Origin: Leucoraja erinacea
Taxonomy: Eukaryota
Length of the DNA stretch: 64,000 nucleotides
Direction: 5' to 3'
NCBI RefSeq assembly: GCF_028641065.1
Contig: NC_073387.1
Location: forward strand, 22,692,001 to 22,756,000
A model generated the notes under the pieces. The model searched no databases, was not told the DNA's origin, and saw only the letters and a list, made by a program, of their open reading frames with translations. Position numbers and translations under genes: made by a program. Positions 60,748 through 64,000 of this stretch are shown piece by piece; the first letter of the stretch is position 1; the number at the start of each line of letters is the position of its first letter.

Positions 60748-62172
60748 TAGGCTGTGGGCCGAGGAGCTTTTTCGTTCAAGTTTGTGACCCAACTCACGGA
60801 ACTACCTGAATTTTTAACATATTGTGTAACATATTATATTATATAAATCATACCTGAAACTAGTCAAGGCCAAAATCTGCACATTTTTAAAAAATATGAG
60901 AAAAACTTCAAATTTTCCGAGTAGTAATTGCCCAATCAATGCATGTTTGAAATTGAGGTCGCTAGGCAGCGAAGACCCTGGGATCACGGCTGATCATGGC
61001 TGCCTCCTCATTACATCAAAACAATAGCAAGGTTTCTAAGGAATAAAGGTAATGCTCACGTTGATCATTTTGTTTTTCAATTGATTTATCTTTATAAAGT
61101 TATGATGTGAACTGTTAAATAAAAATGATAAACAACAAATGTAGAGCTAGGTACACAAAAAGGCTGGAGAAACTCAGTGGGTGCAGCAGCATCTATGGAG
61201 CGAAGGAAATAGGCAATGTTTTGGGCCGAAACCCTTCTTCAGACTAAGCTAGGGTTAGGATTAGGGTTAGGGTCAGTCAGTTGGTCGGTCGGTCAGTCAG
61301 TCAGTCGGCTATTCAGTCGGCCAGTCTGTCGGTCGGGCTTGTCGGTAGACCAATGGATGCTGTGGAGGATTGGTCGGGCTGTTGGGCTGTCGGGCTGCCG
61401 GTAGGCGGTGACAATTGGGCTGGGCCAGTTGGAGGTGAGAGTGGTCGGCCGGGCCGGCCCGCCGGTGGGTGGTGAGAGTGGTCGGTCCGCCGGTGGGTGC
61501 TGCAAGTGGTCGGACGGTCAGTGAGTGCTGCGAGTCCCAAAGCGGCTCCAGCTCCAGCCGTGGGCAGCTCTGGAAGGGGGGCGAGTTAGGGTTAGGGTTA
61601 GCATTTTCCTGTCAGTGGAAGATGCCTTACCCTTCCCCAGCCTGGCACTGCCCCAGTCCCACTGTGGCCGTGACCCCCACGCTGCAGACTGGCAGTCAGT
61701 GGGGATCAGTAAACGGGGGAAACCACAAAAACTGCCCTTACCCATTAATTAGGCTGGTTCAGGAGCTGGACCTCTGCGGCACTCATTCAAGAAACACACA
61801 ATTATATTCATTATATTATTTTTATATAATATAATTATTTATAATTATATATGATTGCAGTCATATTCACAAGTCATATATATATATATATATATATATA
61901 GAATAGAATAATACATAGTTAAACTAGACCGCAGCACGGAATTAGGCTCGCCATGGTGTAATATGGGCATTGGACACTAGATGGCGCTTACTTTTTCGAT
62001 CTCATTTTCTAATTACTTTAATTAATTAATGTGCGACTTCTGGCACTGACGAGTTGTGACTTCATTCTCAATTATATTTGATCTCAATCTGTGCAAAATT
62101 TCATGTCGTTCCGAGACATGGGTCACAAAAGTTAAATTCTAGACACATTTTTGATGCTCGGCCCACAGCCTA
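60748..62172. mobile_element. Non-autonomous DNA transposon, Academ-like
   Basis: TIRs TAGGCTGTGGGCC...GGCCCACAGCCTA plus subterminal inverted similarity; 3-bp duplication ATG that restores the host repeat GCAGATGCTGG; TAG...CTA termini. Confidence 0.75.
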
Positions 62173-64000
62173 ATGCTGGATTACACAAATGGACACAAAG
62201 TGCTGGAGTAAGTCAGCATCGGAGGCTGAGGGTACGTTGTCAGACATAACGGGCTGGAATTTCCGAAAGCCATCTTGGACCCTGAGGGACTTACTAAGAA
62301 GAGACTGTTGTCTGAGGTGCCATCTTTTTGATGGGAAAGTAGATGCAAAGGCACCTTTGAAAGTTTTTTGAAGAATTATTTTTAGTTTAGTTTAGTTTAT
62401 TATTGTCACATGTACAGTGACCCGTGGAAAGCTTTTTGTTGCCTGCTATCCAGTCAGTGGAAAGACTGTTCATGATTACAATCAAGCGTCCACAGTGTAC
62501 AGATACAGGATAATGGGAATAATGTTTAGTGCCAGAGAAAGTCCAGTAAAGTCCGATTCATTGGTTTTATTTGTCACATGTGCAACTCCACAGTGAAATT
62601 CTTTTTGCATATTTACACATGCAGGCGCCACTGTAATTTGGCGCCATTTCCAAAGTCCAGTCCACCAACGTGCTTGGTCTATTGGAGTTGGTCCCGATCC
62701 AGGTAAGCCCCAGGCTCTAGCGGGACCTCCCTCCATCACTTTCAACAGGATCGGCCCTCGAACCGACGTCCCTCTCCTCGCCCGGCCGCCTCTGTGTCCC
62801 CCGGATGCCTCCTGCAGCCCACCTTGAAGCTGCTGGAGGCATTACCCAAGTTCACCCTCCGACCAGCCCTTGCTCCTCGCGTCCAACGTTCCCAGCCGCT
62901 CCGTCCTCGTCGGTTCTCCGGTGGGCCGGGCAGCTTCCCTAAATGGGCCGTGATCTGCCGAGCCTTCGGGTCCTCCAGGCAGGTTCCCAGTGCCGAATCT
63001 GGGGCACCTCAGGAAGGCTTCCAATGAGGTAGATGGTAGGTCAGGACCACTCTCTAGTCGCTGATAGGATGGTTCAGTTGCCTGATAACAACTGGATAGA
63101 AACTGCCCCTGAATCTGGAGGTGTGCGTTTTCAAACTTCTGTATCTCTTGCCTGATGGGAGAGGGGAGAGGGCAGCGACTGGGATGAGACTGGTCCTTGA
63201 TTATACTGGTGGCCTTGCTGAGGCAGCGTGAAGTGTCGGCGAAGTAAATGAAAAGGAGGTTGGTTTGCGTGATGGTCTAGGTTCCGTCCACAACTCTGCA
63301 ATTTCTAGTGGTCTTGGAAGGAGCTGTTCACAAACCATGCTGTTGTGATGCATGCTGATGAAATGCTTTCTGTCAGTACAGGATTATAGTTGAATTGGCT
63401 TTGGTAAAATGATAAATTGTCCCTAGTGTGTCTGACAGTGCTAGTTTACGGGGCGATCGCTGGTCAGCGTGCTCGGTGGGCCAAATGGCCTGTTCCCCAA
63501 CTGTATCCTTAAAGTCTAAAGGCTAATCATGATATGAAACTTGTTCTCCGACATACCAGGGAGCTCTTAGCATCTTCCCTGCCTCCTCATTCTGCAATTT
63601 AAAGCTTTTGATCGGAGCTTAGAAGGAATTAATCCCTATTCCTCAAATTAATTCATCTGCTCTCTGAATTTTAAGTTAGATGCTGACCTTAATACAAATA
63701 TTAGTCATCATTGTTTATATTTTGCCTGAATTACAAGTAATTTTTTAAAATTAATTTGGATTGGGGCCTATAAATCTTTTCACTGTTAGAACATTGTCTC
63801 TAAAATAATAACTCACGTATATAAAGTCCTCGTTAATACAGTAAATGTCTCAAAATGCTTCAGGGAGCAATTGTCTAATGGAACACATGGCACAGATGAA
63901 ACATTTTTATCGATGAAAGAGGTAGAGCTGAAAATGCTGGACATTAACTCTTTCTAAGGTAGGATTTTCCCAATCTTTTGAACACTCCATTCTGTGGAGA

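Noticed and set aside
61250-61601. TTAGGG runs as an interstitial telomere or fusion site
   Set aside because: Only 2-4 units each, same orientation, inside a transposon
60300-64000. APBB3 exons expected head-to-head with SLC35A4 from human synteny
   Set aside because: No WW/PTB-like or APBB3 N-terminal coding exon recognised; region is mostly repeats

Overview
Vertebrate genomic DNA, most likely a cartilaginous fish (skate/ray-like), judged from the dense HE1/V-SINE-like, CR1, Rex/Babar-like and Penelope repeats. Gene content reconstructed by hand from splice sites: (1) TMCO6 on the minus strand, coding exons 1-10 (23548 to 1432), with the last exons off the left edge; (2) head-to-head with it on the plus strand, a 17-exon gene (26687-48578, ~663 aa) encoding a divergent kinesin motor-like domain with degenerate P-loop, switch I and switch II motifs, followed by a coiled-coil tail, with two apparent 1-nt frameshifts next to a poorly assembled stretch; (3) the bicistronic SLC35A4 locus on the minus strand, comprising a 3-exon 103-aa upstream microprotein and the intronless transporter ORF. 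Mobile elements include a full-length Passport-like Tc1 element with an open DD34E transposase, an Academ-like non-autonomous element, pogo/Tigger-like MITEs, and three fold-back hairpins inside repeats. All homology calls are from recognition of sequence and motifs; no database search was run.
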